From an uncultured Thermoleophilia bacterium (GTDB lineage: Bacteria > Actinomycetota > Thermoleophilia > UBA2241), in contig CAVPCT010000004.1 in NCBI GenBank assembly GCA_963702475.1, positions 352,001-416,000 of the forward strand: a DNA stretch of 64,000 bases. Reading direction: 5' to 3'. Below the pieces are notes generated by a model. It searched no databases, was not told the DNA's origin, and saw only the letters and a program-made list of their open reading frames with translations. Below, in pieces: positions 1 to 9,468 of the stretch. The position numbers were made by a program, and so were the translations under genes. Position 1 is the stretch's first letter, and every line of letters begins with the position of its first letter.

Positions 1-397
1 CGGCCGGGCTCTCGAGATCACACGCATCGCGCTCGCCGATGCGCGCGCCGGGTTCGAGCAGCACCCGGGGCTCGAACTCGTCGACCCGGAGCTGCAAGGG
101 CAGGTCAACGACCGCGTGTACGGACCCATGGTGAGGGACCTTCTCGAGCAGGGGGTTGCCGGCGGGGAGTTCCGGGTCGCCGACGTGGGGCTGACGAGCA
201 GGTTCGTGCAGGCTGTCGGCATGGAGGCGGTGCGGCAGATCCACGACGACCCGGCGAGCCGCCCCGAGGAGGCTACCGTCGAGGCGATACGTCGGCTCAT
301 CGCCGGCGACGGCGGGGCGTCGCCGGCGGCATCCGGCCGCGGACAAGACGCGGCCGGCGAGACGGCCAAACCCGGCAAGAAAAGCAAGAAGAAGTGA
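1..397 (+). CDS. C-terminal part of a probable TetR/AcrR-family regulator (5' truncated by window)
   Basis: Open frame from the window edge; 'LLEQGVAGGEFRVAD' is typical of TetR C-terminal domains. Confidence 0.55.
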   Translation, partial: GRALEITRIALADARAGFEQHPGLELVDPELQGQVNDRVYGPMVRDLLEQGVAGGEFRVADVGLTSRFVQAVGMEAVRQIHDDPASRPEEATVEAIRRLIAGDGGASPAASGRGQDAAGETAKPGKKSKKK

Positions 398-410
398 CGA
401 GGTGAGGAAG

Positions 411-965
411 ATGGTGAAGGTACTCGTGACATACGGCTCGCGCTACGGCTCCACCCATGAGGTCGCAACGGCGGTCGCGGCCGCCCTGACCGAGTCGGGC
501 GTGGAGACCGAGCTGATGGCGGCGAGCGAGGTGCGCTCGCTGGACGGCTACGACTGCGTCGTGCTGGGCACGCCGCTGTACCTGGGCGCGCTGCACAAGG
601 ACGCGCGCGCTCTGCTCGAGAGGCACCGGGATGCTCTTGCGGGGCGGCCCCTGGCCGTCTTCGCCCTGGGGCCGATCAAGGCCGACGACGGCCTGGACGG
701 CTCGCGCGAGCAGCTCATCACCGCGCTCGCCAAAGCGCAATGCCCGACGCCGGTCGTCACCGGCGTCTTCGTCGGCGCTTACGACCCAGCGCGGCTCGGC
801 TTCAAAGACAGGATGCTCACCGCACTGCCTGCGAGTCCGCTGCACGGCGAACCCGCGCACGACGACCGCGATTGGGATGCGATCCGCCGCTGGGCGCGTG
901 AGGCTGCGCGGCTCCTGCCGCAGCAAACGGCGCCGGAGGGCGCTGCGCGCGCCGGCGCCGCCTGA
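411..965 (+). CDS. Flavodoxin-domain protein (HemG-like)
   Basis: N-terminal 'VLVTYGSRYGSTHEVA' FMN-binding loop, 'YDCVVLGTPLY', C-terminal 'DDRDWDAIRRWA'; RBS GAGG before ATG 411. Confidence 0.85.
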   Translation: MVKVLVTYGSRYGSTHEVATAVAAALTESGVETELMAASEVRSLDGYDCVVLGTPLYLGALHKDARALLERHRDALAGRPLAVFALGPIKADDGLDGSREQLITALAKAQCPTPVVTGVFVGAYDPARLGFKDRMLTALPASPLHGEPAHDDRDWDAIRRWAREAARLLPQQTAPEGAARAGAA

Positions 966-1027
966 GCTTCCGCATATCTGCGGCCCCAGCGCCGCCTGAG
1001 CCGCCGCCGGCCTCGGCGCCGTGACCC

Positions 1028-2173
1028 TCACCCCCACCCGTGGTGGGTGGGAGGCAGGAGGCGCTGTGACTCGTCCACGATCCGCAGCGCCTCCCGAAGC
1101 CCGGCGCGGACGATGCGGGGGAGGCTGTCGGTGTCCACCTCGTTGTCCAGGGGTCGTCCCGCGCGCAGCTGATCCGCCTGGTGACGCAAGCGCAGATCGG
1201 CGAGGAGCTCGAAGGAGGTCTGCAGCGAACGCATCGTCTCCCGATCGTGCAGGCCGAGCCGCTCGGCGGCCGCCAGCCTGTCGAGGGTGCCCGTCGCGGT
1301 GAGCCCGTGGTTCAGGGCCAGGTAGCGAGCCAGATTGGCGATGGCCAGCAACCCAGTGCGCTTGAGATCGACTCGGCCCACAAGGCGACGGGGAAACCGC
1401 AGTGGCGAGTGCACCTCCCTGACCGTTGCGCCGATGCCTGCGAGAAACGCCGGGTGTTGCGGTGCGGCGCGGACGACCCGCGAGAACGGTCCGGCGACGG
1501 GGAGATCGCCGGCGATCCTGCGGTAGTCGAACACGATGGAGGCGCCCATGATGTGGGACTCGTTGGTCGCCGTTAAGCATCGCGTCATGCGGGCCGTCCA
1601 GTCCTGCAGTGGCAAGCGCCAGCGGGCGTCCGACGCTGATACGCCGGAGACGTCCTTCTGAAGGCCGCATGCGGCGAGGCCACTCGTGACGTACTCCGCG
1701 ATGCGCGCGAGATGGGCGTCCACCTCGGGGTCCGCGGCGCCGGCGTAAGCGAGCCCGTTGTCCTGATCGGAGGCCGGAGTCAGTTCGCGGCGGGCGGCGC
1801 TGCCCAGGCCGAGCCAGGCGAAGTCGACCGGGGGTCGCCCGTACTTCTCCACAGCGAGTGCGAGCAGGCGCCGGGTGATGTCGTCGTACAGGAGCGTCAG
1901 GCTGCGCGACACCGCAGGCGCCTTGAGACCTGCGTCCACGAGGTCGAGGAAGAACGCGGGCAACACCGTCGCGATCCTCGCCACCGCTGCCGCTCCCGGC
2001 GCGGCGGCGATCGCCCGGTGGAGTGATAGAGGGCTGATGGCGTCGACCGTCGGGACGCCCGCCTCCGAGGTCCGGACGAGAGGCGCGGGCTTGGTGAAAC
2101 GGCCGCCGACGAGCTGCCCGGCGGCACGCTGCCCGGCGGGAGGTCGAGTGTCTCGGCTCGTGATCGCAGCCAT
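1028..2173 (-). CDS. DUF294 putative nucleotidyltransferase-domain protein
   Basis: 'FAWLGLGSAARRELTPASDQDNGL' (GS...DxD NTase motif), 'VFDYR', 'VDLKRTGL', 'TGTLDRL'; no cNMP/CBS N-terminus. Confidence 0.8.
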   Translation of the reverse strand: MAAITSRDTRPPAGQRAAGQLVGGRFTKPAPLVRTSEAGVPTVDAISPLSLHRAIAAAPGAAAVARIATVLPAFFLDLVDAGLKAPAVSRSLTLLYDDITRRLLALAVEKYGRPPVDFAWLGLGSAARRELTPASDQDNGLAYAGAADPEVDAHLARIAEYVTSGLAACGLQKDVSGVSASDARWRLPLQDWTARMTRCLTATNESHIMGASIVFDYRRIAGDLPVAGPFSRVVRAAPQHPAFLAGIGATVREVHSPLRFPRRLVGRVDLKRTGLLAIANLARYLALNHGLTATGTLDRLAAAERLGLHDRETMRSLQTSFELLADLRLRHQADQLRAGRPLDNEVDTDSLPRIVRAGLREALRIVDESQRLLPPTHHGWG

Positions 2174-2241
2174 GGTCCCAAGACGACTCTACCCCTGCCG
2201 GGCGGCGTCATAATGCGAGTATACTGATAGTAAGTTGTGAG

Positions 2242-2258
2242 TTACTACCCCGTAGTAA
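2242..2258. promoter_or_regulatory. Inverted repeat TTACTAC-CCC-GTAGTAA, putative operator in the divergent promoter region
   Basis: Perfect 7-bp arms in an AT-rich spacer between DUF294 and PAS-LuxR genes. Confidence 0.45.
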
Positions 2259-2302
2259 TGCTAGGTGACCAAGTTCGTGAAGTGCGAGGAGGTAATCGCA
2301 GC

Positions 2303-3526
2303 ATGCCGACGCCGCAAGGGCTGAGCGACGCCCGCCTCCGCGCTTTCGTCGGCGCGGTGTTCGACGCCTACTACGACTGGGATGTGAGGAGCGGCTCGCT
2401 GGAGATGTCCGCGCAGATGGACGCGCTCCTCAAGCTGCGGCCGGGAGAGCTGCCCCGCAGGTTCGACGCGTTCGCCGAGCGCATCCATCCCGACGATCGC
2501 GAGGCGACGCTCAAGATGACCGGTGAGGCGACGCGGACCGGCGGGGTGTATGACGGCGAGTACCGCATGCGGCGCGGGGACGGGAGCTACATCGTGGTGC
2601 GCGACCGCGGAGTCATGCTGGCCGACGAGCCGGACCTCTCCGGCCACATGATCGGCGCCGTCCGCGACGTGACGCAGGAGCGAGAGGCTTCGCAGGCCGA
2701 GAGGCGGGCAGCCGAGCTCTATCACACGCTCTTCGCGCACGCGGTCAACCCCGCGTACCACATCGCCGACGACGGCCGCTTTCTGGACGCCAACCGCGCC
2801 GGCCTCGAGTTCCTGGCCGTCAGCAAGCCGCAGCTGCTGCGCGAGGATGTGGCGACCCGGTGGGGCAAGTCAGCGCCGGCCGCGCTGCGCGCTGCGCTGA
2901 GCAGCAGCACGTCGGTGGCGACGCTCGACCTGGAGATCGTCGTGGGCGGCGCCGTCAAGGCGCTGGCGGTGACTCTGTTGCCCAGCGTCCTGCAAAGGGA
3001 GCGCACGTGCTTCGCCCTCGGGACCGACGTCACCGAGCACATGAGGCTGCGCCGTGCGCTCGAGGCCTCCGAGCAGTCGCTGAGGGAACAGGCGGCGGCG
3101 CTGGAGGACGCCAACACGGCGCTCCGCGTCATCCTCGATCAGCGGAACCGCGACCGCGCCGACCTCGAGCAGACCATCGTGTCCAACGCCGAGATGCTGA
3201 TCGTGCCTCTCCTCGAGCGCCTGCGGAACCGGCTCGGCGCCTCCCCCGAGGCGATCTACGCCGACGCGGCCATGCAGAACCTCCGGCAGCTCGTCCACCC
3301 ATTCGCTCGCGCCCTGGACGCCATGGCCGGTGCGGAGGCGCGGCTCACCGTGCGCGAGCGCGAGATCGCCAACCTCATCAGGACCGGCAAGACCTCCAGC
3401 GAGATCGCCGAGGCCCTGTTCATCTCGCCGGCGACGGTGGCGTTCCACCGCAGGAACCTGCGGCGCAAACTCGGCCTTGAGGCTCGCGACCCGACGCTGG
3501 CGACGCATCTTGCGCGGCTGCCGTGA
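2303..3526 (+). CDS. PAS-PAS-LuxR(HTH) transcriptional regulator
   Basis: PAS 'IHPDDRE...EYRMRRGDGSY', second PAS, coiled coil, LuxR HTH 'LTVREREIANLIRTGKTSSEIAEALFISPATVAFHRRNLRRKLG'; RBS GAGGAGG before ATG 2303. Confidence 0.9.
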   Translation: MPTPQGLSDARLRAFVGAVFDAYYDWDVRSGSLEMSAQMDALLKLRPGELPRRFDAFAERIHPDDREATLKMTGEATRTGGVYDGEYRMRRGDGSYIVVRDRGVMLADEPDLSGHMIGAVRDVTQEREASQAERRAAELYHTLFAHAVNPAYHIADDGRFLDANRAGLEFLAVSKPQLLREDVATRWGKSAPAALRAALSSSTSVATLDLEIVVGGAVKALAVTLLPSVLQRERTCFALGTDVTEHMRLRRALEASEQSLREQAAALEDANTALRVILDQRNRDRADLEQTIVSNAEMLIVPLLERLRNRLGASPEAIYADAAMQNLRQLVHPFARALDAMAGAEARLTVREREIANLIRTGKTSSEIAEALFISPATVAFHRRNLRRKLGLEARDPTLATHLARLP

Positions 3527-3645
3527 CGGGCGCCCACGCTGTGACTGCGGGGGTAGGCCCTGCACTGTCTTCTGGACCCCGGGTCACGCGTCCCCAGTGG
3601 GCGATACACGCGGTTGACGAATCTGACGTGGGAGGCGGCGGGCCC

Positions 3646-3810
3646 GTGTTCGAGCAGGCCTTCGGAACATCGACGACGTGCTCTGGAAGGAGGCGGGCTG
3701 CACTAGTGCCCGAGGCGGTTCGCCGCGTCCAGTCAAGGGATTCCTGACGACCGATCCAGACGGCATCAGCTGGATCAAGATCAGCGATGCGAGCGCGAGC
3801 GGCAAGTACA
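3646..3810 (+). pseudogene. Collapsed type I R-M remnant: HsdM N-terminus joined to an HsdS fragment
   Basis: GGAGG+GTG reads VFEQAF, then after a 1-nt shift RNIDDVLWKEAGCTS (HsdM-like start), continuing in frame into ARGGSPRPVKGFLTTDPDGISWIKISDASASGKY (HsdS TRD-like). Confidence 0.65.
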
Positions 3811-3964
3811 CGTGGCGTGCGCCGCCGTCGAGGACGTCCTCCGCGGCGTCGATCTTGAGCCCTGGGGCAGACGCGGTCCGTGCGCTCGTCGGTCGAACGC
3901 CAGTGGTCCCGCTGGAGTGGACGTTCGCGTGCCCTGTGTCGCTGGGCGAAGCACATGCTGATGC

Positions 3965-3994
3965 TTGACAGTTTAGTGATCACTAACTTATGGT
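3965..3994 (+). promoter_or_regulatory. Sigma70-type promoter with TetR operator
   Basis: TTGACA (3965-3970), 18 bp, TATGGT (3989-3994); perfect palindrome TTAGTGATCACTAA (3973-3986) in the spacer. Confidence 0.75.
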
Positions 3995-4005
3995 ACACAG
4001 CAGTC

Positions 4006-4617
4006 ATGAGCACGATGGCGACAACGAGACTGAGCAAAGAGGAGCGGCGGCGGGAGATCGTCGAGGCCGCCGTGGCCGAGTTCTCCGTCGGCGGCTTTCA
4101 CGGCACGCCCGTCGACGCCATCGCGAAGCGCGTGGGCGTCTCGCAGCCGTACCTGTTCCAGCTCTTCGGCACCAAGAAGGACCTCTTCATCGCGGCCGTG
4201 CAACGCACGTTCGAGCGCACCGTCGCCGTGTTCCGCACGGCGGCGGCGGAGGCGGGTGAGGACGCCGGCGTCTCCGACATCCTCATGGCCATGGGCGTCG
4301 CCTACGGACGCCTGATCGACGACCGCAGCCTCCTGCTCATGCAGATGCAGGCCTACACGGCGTGTTCGGACGACGAGATCAAGGCCGTCGTGCGTGAGGA
4401 GATGCTGCGCCTCGTCACCTTCGTGCAGTCGGCGTCGGGGGCGCCCGAGGCCGCCGTCCGCGAGTGGCTGGCCTACGGCATGCTCATGAACGTGGTCGTG
4501 GCGATGGACCTCACCCACGTCGACGCCGACTGGGCGCGCCTCATGTGCCCGGTCGACGGCACGCAACTCGTGGCCATGGCTGTCGACGCGGCGGGCAAAG
4601 AGGAGCGCAGCAAGTAG
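4006..4617 (+). CDS. TetR/AcrR-family transcriptional regulator
   Basis: HTH 'RRREIVEAAVAEFSVGGFHGTPVDAIAKRVGVSQPYLFQLFGTKKDLF'. Confidence 0.92.
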   Translation: MSTMATTRLSKEERRREIVEAAVAEFSVGGFHGTPVDAIAKRVGVSQPYLFQLFGTKKDLFIAAVQRTFERTVAVFRTAAAEAGEDAGVSDILMAMGVAYGRLIDDRSLLLMQMQAYTACSDDEIKAVVREEMLRLVTFVQSASGAPEAAVREWLAYGMLMNVVVAMDLTHVDADWARLMCPVDGTQLVAMAVDAAGKEERSK

Positions 4618-4621
4618 ACGC

Positions 4622-4660
4622 GGGGCGGGTCGCCGGCTCCTGGCCGGACCCGCCCCCTTT
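4622..4660 (+). terminator. GC-rich hairpin after tetR
   Basis: GGGGCGGGTC...GACCCGCCCC followed by a short T run. Confidence 0.5.
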
Positions 4661-4674
4661 CAGGTCCGCGGAAG

Positions 4675-4688
4675 TAAGTGAGTACTAA
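4675..4688. promoter_or_regulatory. Second, degenerate TetR operator upstream of the MFS gene
   Basis: TAAGTGAGTACTAA resembles TTAGTGATCACTAA at 3973. Confidence 0.55.
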
Positions 4689-4782
4689 GTCGTAAGACAG
4701 GGAATCGGGCCGGCAGACGGACGACCAGCCGGCCGGAAGACGAGGTCCGAGGGCGCGGAGGCCCGCGAAGGACCGAGAGGAG

Positions 4783-6243
4783 ATGAGAACGATGAGTGCA
4801 CGAGCCAAGACCCTCTGGACCTTCGTGGTCACCAGCGTCGCCGTCTTCATGGTGTCGCTGGACAACCTGGTCGTGACCACCGCGCTGCCGGTGATCAAGG
4901 CCGACCTCAGCGCCTCGCTTGCGGGGCTGGAGTGGACGGTGAACGCGTACACGCTGACGTTCGCCGTCCTGCTGCTGACCGGCGCCGCGCTGGGCGACCG
5001 TTTCGGGCGCAAGCGGATGTTCATCGCAGGCCTTGCGCTGTTCACGGCCGGCTCGGCGGCTGCGGCGCTGGCGCCGAGCATCGAGTGGCTCATCGCCGCC
5101 CGCGCCCTGCAGGGCGTGGGCGGCGCCATTGTGACGCCGCTCACCCTGACGCTCCTCTCCGCGGCGGTGTCTCCGGCGCGCCGCGGCCTGGCGCTCGGCA
5201 TCTGGGGCGGCATCAGCGGCCTCGCCGTGGCCCTTGGGCCGGTGGTCGGCGGCGCCGTCGTCGAAGGCCTGACCTGGCAGTGGATCTTCTGGCTCAACGT
5301 GCCGATCGGCATCGCGCTGGCGCCCATCGCCCTCTTCCGACTGACCGAGTCGCGCGGGCCGAACCGCTCGCTCGACCTCCCCGGCCTCGGCCTTGCCAGC
5401 GCAGGACTGCTGGGCATCGTCTGGGGCCTGGTGCGCGGCAACGAGCACGGCTGGACGAGCTTCGGCGTCGTCGGTCCGATCGTCGCCGGCATCGTCCTGC
5501 TCGGCGCCTTCGTGCTCTGGGAGCGTCGCACGAGCGAGCCCATGGTCCCTCTGCGCTTCTTCCGCAGCCGCGCCTTCTCGGCGGCCAACGTCGTCTCGCT
5601 GCTCATGAGCTTCGGCATGTTCGGCGCGATCTTCCTGCTGGCGCAGTTCTTCCAGGTGGTGCAAGGGTACTCGCCGCTGGAGGCCGGGCTCCGCACACTC
5701 CCGTGGACGGCGATGCCGATCCTCGTGGCGCCCATCGCCGGCATGCTGAGCGACCGCATCGGGGCTCGACCGCTGCTGGTCGCCGGCATGGCGCTGATGG
5801 CCGGCGGGCTCGCGTGGATCGCGGTGGTCACGTCACCGACGGTGGCCTACCTCGAGCTGGTGCCCGCCTTCGTCATGGCCGGCGTGGGCATGAGCCTGTA
5901 CTTCGCCCCGGTCGCGAACCTGGTGCTGAGCACGGTTCGCCGCTCCGAAGAGGGCAAGGCGAGCGGCGTGAACAACACCATCCGCGAGGTCGGCGGCGTG
6001 TTCGGCGTGGCCGTGCTGGCCAGCGTGTTCAGCGCCGTGGGCGGCTACGCGAGCCCGCAGGCGTTCGTGGACGGCATGACGGCCGCCGTGTGGGTCGGGG
6101 CCGCGGCCGTGGCGTTGGCCGCCGTGGCGGCCGTCGCCATCCCGCCGCGGCAGGACGTGGTGCCGGACTCGGTGTCGCTGCTGGAGCGCGGCCGGCGTTC
6201 GGGCGACGGCGCCGCGGTCTGCGAGCCTGAGGCCGCGGCCTGA
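4783..6243 (+). CDS. DHA2 (EmrB/QacA) MFS efflux transporter
   Basis: 'LDNLVVTTALP', 'GDRFGRKR' motif A, 'WQWIFWLNVPIG', ~14 hydrophobic segments. Confidence 0.92.
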   Translation: MRTMSARAKTLWTFVVTSVAVFMVSLDNLVVTTALPVIKADLSASLAGLEWTVNAYTLTFAVLLLTGAALGDRFGRKRMFIAGLALFTAGSAAAALAPSIEWLIAARALQGVGGAIVTPLTLTLLSAAVSPARRGLALGIWGGISGLAVALGPVVGGAVVEGLTWQWIFWLNVPIGIALAPIALFRLTESRGPNRSLDLPGLGLASAGLLGIVWGLVRGNEHGWTSFGVVGPIVAGIVLLGAFVLWERRTSEPMVPLRFFRSRAFSAANVVSLLMSFGMFGAIFLLAQFFQVVQGYSPLEAGLRTLPWTAMPILVAPIAGMLSDRIGARPLLVAGMALMAGGLAWIAVVTSPTVAYLELVPAFVMAGVGMSLYFAPVANLVLSTVRRSEEGKASGVNNTIREVGGVFGVAVLASVFSAVGGYASPQAFVDGMTAAVWVGAAAVALAAVAAVAIPPRQDVVPDSVSLLERGRRSGDGAAVCEPEAAA

Positions 6244-6405
6244 CGGCAGTGATCATTGCCGCCGTGCGCCTGCGGACGCCGGCGGCTTGGGGCGGCGGCG
6301 GACTGCGCGGAGGTCCGCCGCCAGCCCGCCCGCTGCCTGCTGCTTGCCGCAGCGCGCATCCGGGCACACTGCCGCCATGGACGAGCGTTGGGCAGCGTGC
6401 GATCG

Positions 6406-7047
6406 GTGGCATTCCTCGTGCACGAGGCGCGACCGGTGACGCTCGCCGTCGGCATCCTCCTGTTCGACGGCGTCGAGCTCCTGGACTTCGCCGGTCCCTA
6501 CGAGGTCTTCACCGTCGCGTCCCGGGTGCGGCTGCGCGACGATCCCGCCGCCGAGCCCCCGTTCGACGTGTTCACGGTGGCCGCCGCCGGTGGTCTCGTG
6601 CACACGCACGCCGGTGTGCGCATCGCAGGCGACCACACCTTCGCCGAGCACCCGCGCATCGACCTGCTCGTGGTTCCCGGCGGGGTCGTGGATGGGGCCG
6701 TCGCGGATCGGCACGTCGTCGACTGGATCGCGCGCACGTCTGCCGCCGCGCGACTGACCGCTTCGGTCTGCACAGGCGCCTTTCTGCTGGCGCGGGCCGG
6801 CATCCTCGACGGCCGTCCGGCGACCACCCACTGGGAGGACGTCGACGACCTCCAGGCGGCGTATCCGGGCCTGCGCGCCGTCAGGGACTGCCGCTGGGTG
6901 GACGACGGTGACGTCGTCACCGCCGCAGGCATTTCCGCCGGCATCGACATGGCGCTGCACCTCGTGCGGCGGCTGGGCGGCCGCGACCTGGCCGCGGACA
7001 CCGCCCTGTACATGCAGTATCAGTGGGACGACGACCGGGAGGCTTGA
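6406..7047 (+). CDS. DJ-1/PfpI family protein (start uncertain)
   Basis: 'FDGVELLDFAGPYEVF', 'VPGG', 'SVCTGAFLLA', 'ATTHW', 'TAAGISAGID'. Confidence 0.9.
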   Translation: MAFLVHEARPVTLAVGILLFDGVELLDFAGPYEVFTVASRVRLRDDPAAEPPFDVFTVAAAGGLVHTHAGVRIAGDHTFAEHPRIDLLVVPGGVVDGAVADRHVVDWIARTSAAARLTASVCTGAFLLARAGILDGRPATTHWEDVDDLQAAYPGLRAVRDCRWVDDGDVVTAAGISAGIDMALHLVRRLGGRDLAADTALYMQYQWDDDREA

Positions 7048-7598
7048 TGGACCTTGCCCCGACAGATGAGCTCAAGCGTGAGCACGAGTTCGTGCTCATG
7101 GTCGTGGAGGCCATGGAGCGCGAGGTGGCTCACGTCGAGGAGGGCGGCGCCGTGCACGTCGAGCGCGTCGCCCAGATGATGGACTTCACGCGCACGTTCA
7201 CCGACGGCTATCACCACTACAAGGAGGAGCAGGTCCTGTTCCCCGTGCTCGAGGAGCGGGACCGGGGCGCGGCCGGTCAGGTGAGCGTGCTGCTCAGCGA
7301 GCACGACGCCGGCCGCGAGGCGGTCCGCGGCGTGCTCGACAACCTGCCGCGCGCGCACGAGGACGACGCCGCCCGCACCGCCGTCGCGGAGAACCTCAAG
7401 CTCTACGCCTTCCTGTTGCGGCTGCACATCCACAAGGAGGACACCGTCCTCTTCCCGCTGGCCGACGAGCTGCTGAGCGACCAGGAGTCGGAGCTGATGG
7501 CGGAGGAGTTCGCGCGCGCCGAGGAGGAGAGCGGCGCCGGCGACCCAGCGCGCTACCGCACCATGGCGCACGAGCTGGCGGAGGCGCCGGTCGACTGA
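7047..7598 (+). CDS. Hemerythrin (HHE) domain protein
   Basis: 'EHE...HHYKEEQVLFP...EH...HIHKEDTVLFP' diiron ligand pattern; TGATG coupling with the upstream gene. Confidence 0.88.
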   Translation: MDLAPTDELKREHEFVLMVVEAMEREVAHVEEGGAVHVERVAQMMDFTRTFTDGYHHYKEEQVLFPVLEERDRGAAGQVSVLLSEHDAGREAVRGVLDNLPRAHEDDAARTAVAENLKLYAFLLRLHIHKEDTVLFPLADELLSDQESELMAEEFARAEEESGAGDPARYRTMAHELAEAPVD

Positions 7599-7788
7599 CC
7601 GGCAGGCGCCTGCATGCCCGCCGCGCGGCACGAGCGTCCCGTCCCGTGATACGGTGGACGGCGCCGGCGCCGCACATGGCGACCATGGCGCGGCGCACTC
7701 GCGGCTCCACACGGCGTGACGGGTTTGGCGATCGCCGCGCGAGGAACGCACACTGCAACTGCCCAGCTTCTCCCCCGGAGGGTGACCT

Positions 7789-9468
7789 GTGAGCGACGAC
7801 CCTGCGCGGGCGCCCGGTGGTCTCGCCAAGACCTTGCCGTCCACGGAACCCCAGACGACCCAGTACACCGACGACGGCCCGACGCACGTCCCTCGGCACC
7901 TCGGGCTGGCGCTGGTGGTCATAGCCACGGCCCAACTGATGATCGTGCTCGACGCGACCATCGTGAACGTGGCGCTCCCGCACATCCAGCAGGCGCTCGG
8001 GTTCAGCGGCGCCGGGCTGGAGTGGATCATCACGGCCTACTCGCTGGCCTTCGGCAGCCTGCTGCTGCTCGGCGGCCGGCTAGGCGACATCTACGGCCGC
8101 CGCCGGATCTTCATCATCGGCATCGCGCTGTTCGCCGGCGCGTCCTTCGTGGGCGGCTTCGCCACCACGGAGTGGTGGCTGCTGGCCGCCCGCGCCGCCC
8201 AGGGCGCCGGCGCGGCCCTCGCAGCGCCGACGGCCCTCGCGCTCATCGCCACCACGTTCCCGATGGGCCGGGAGCGGAATCGGGCGCTGGGCGTCTGGGC
8301 CGGCATGGCCGGCGCCGGTGGCGCCGTGGGCCTGCTCCTCGGCGGCGTCCTCACCACCTACGTGTCGTGGCGCTGGGTCCTCTTCGTCAACGCTCCCATC
8401 GCGATCGTCGTCATCATCCTGGCGCCGATCGCCCTGGCCACCTCGCCGCGCCTGCCGAAGCGGCTCGACATCCCGGGCGTCATCACCAGCACCGCCGGAC
8501 TCGCCCTGCTGGTGTACGGGCTCACGCACGCCGCGGCCGGTCAGGACGGTGTGTCGCACTGGAGCAACCCGGTGACCATCGGCTGTCTCGTGGCCGCCGT
8601 CCTGCTGCTCGTGTCGTTCTTCTTCATCGAGCGCTCCGTGCGCGAGCCCGAGCTGCCGCTGCACCTGCTCAAGTCCCGGCGCAGGTCCGGCGGCTACCTG
8701 ATCTCGTTGATCTCCGGCACCGCCATGTTCGCGGTGTTCTTCTTCCTCACGCTGTACGTGCAGGTCGTCTGGGGGTACAGCGCCGTCAGGGCCGGTCTCG
8801 CCTGGCTGCCGTTCCCCATCACCATGATCACGCTGAACCTGATCGTGGCGCGGTACCTCGTCGCCAGGGTGGGCGTGCGTCCCCTGCTGCTGGCCGGTCC
8901 TCTGATAGCGGGTACGGCGTTCCTGCTGCTGTCGCGGATCACCCCGGCGGGCAGCTACGTGACTGAGATCCTGCTCCCCATGGAGCTCCTGGCCGTGGGC
9001 ATGGCCTGCATGTTCGTGCCGATGACCCTGATGGTGGTGGCGCACGTGCGGCACGACGAGGCCGGCGCCGCCTCGAGCCTGCTCAACATAGGCCAGCAGG
9101 TCGGCGGCTCGATAGGGCTGGCGGCCATCGGCACCATCGCCTGGACCACCGTGGCGAGCACCGTCCGTTCCAGCATGGCGGCGGCAGCGGCCGCCGGTGG
9201 AGCGGCCGCCGCCGCCGGCTCGGCAGGCTCCGCCGACATGACCCAGGTCCCGCGGGCCATCCTGAACGAGGGGCTCACCGAAGGCTTCTCGCGCGGACTC
9301 ATGATCGCCGGCTTCGTCATGCTCAGCGCCTTCGTGGTGGCGCTGGTCGCCACGGCCACGCCCGAGGCGGGCTGGCGGCCGGTCTCCGCGCGGCACGACC
9401 GCGAACAGCCCTGCGACGACGTGCTGGGTACCTGCGAGCCCGCGGCCGCGCTCGAGCCGGAGGGTTGA
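7789..9468 (+). CDS. DHA2 MFS transporter
   Basis: 'LDATIVNVALP', 'GRLGDIYGRRR', 'WRWVLFVNAPI'. Confidence 0.92.
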   Translation: MSDDPARAPGGLAKTLPSTEPQTTQYTDDGPTHVPRHLGLALVVIATAQLMIVLDATIVNVALPHIQQALGFSGAGLEWIITAYSLAFGSLLLLGGRLGDIYGRRRIFIIGIALFAGASFVGGFATTEWWLLAARAAQGAGAALAAPTALALIATTFPMGRERNRALGVWAGMAGAGGAVGLLLGGVLTTYVSWRWVLFVNAPIAIVVIILAPIALATSPRLPKRLDIPGVITSTAGLALLVYGLTHAAAGQDGVSHWSNPVTIGCLVAAVLLLVSFFFIERSVREPELPLHLLKSRRRSGGYLISLISGTAMFAVFFFLTLYVQVVWGYSAVRAGLAWLPFPITMITLNLIVARYLVARVGVRPLLLAGPLIAGTAFLLLSRITPAGSYVTEILLPMELLAVGMACMFVPMTLMVVAHVRHDEAGAASSLLNIGQQVGGSIGLAAIGTIAWTTVASTVRSSMAAAAAAGGAAAAAGSAGSADMTQVPRAILNEGLTEGFSRGLMIAGFVMLSAFVVALVATATPEAGWRPVSARHDREQPCDDVLGTCEPAAALEPEG

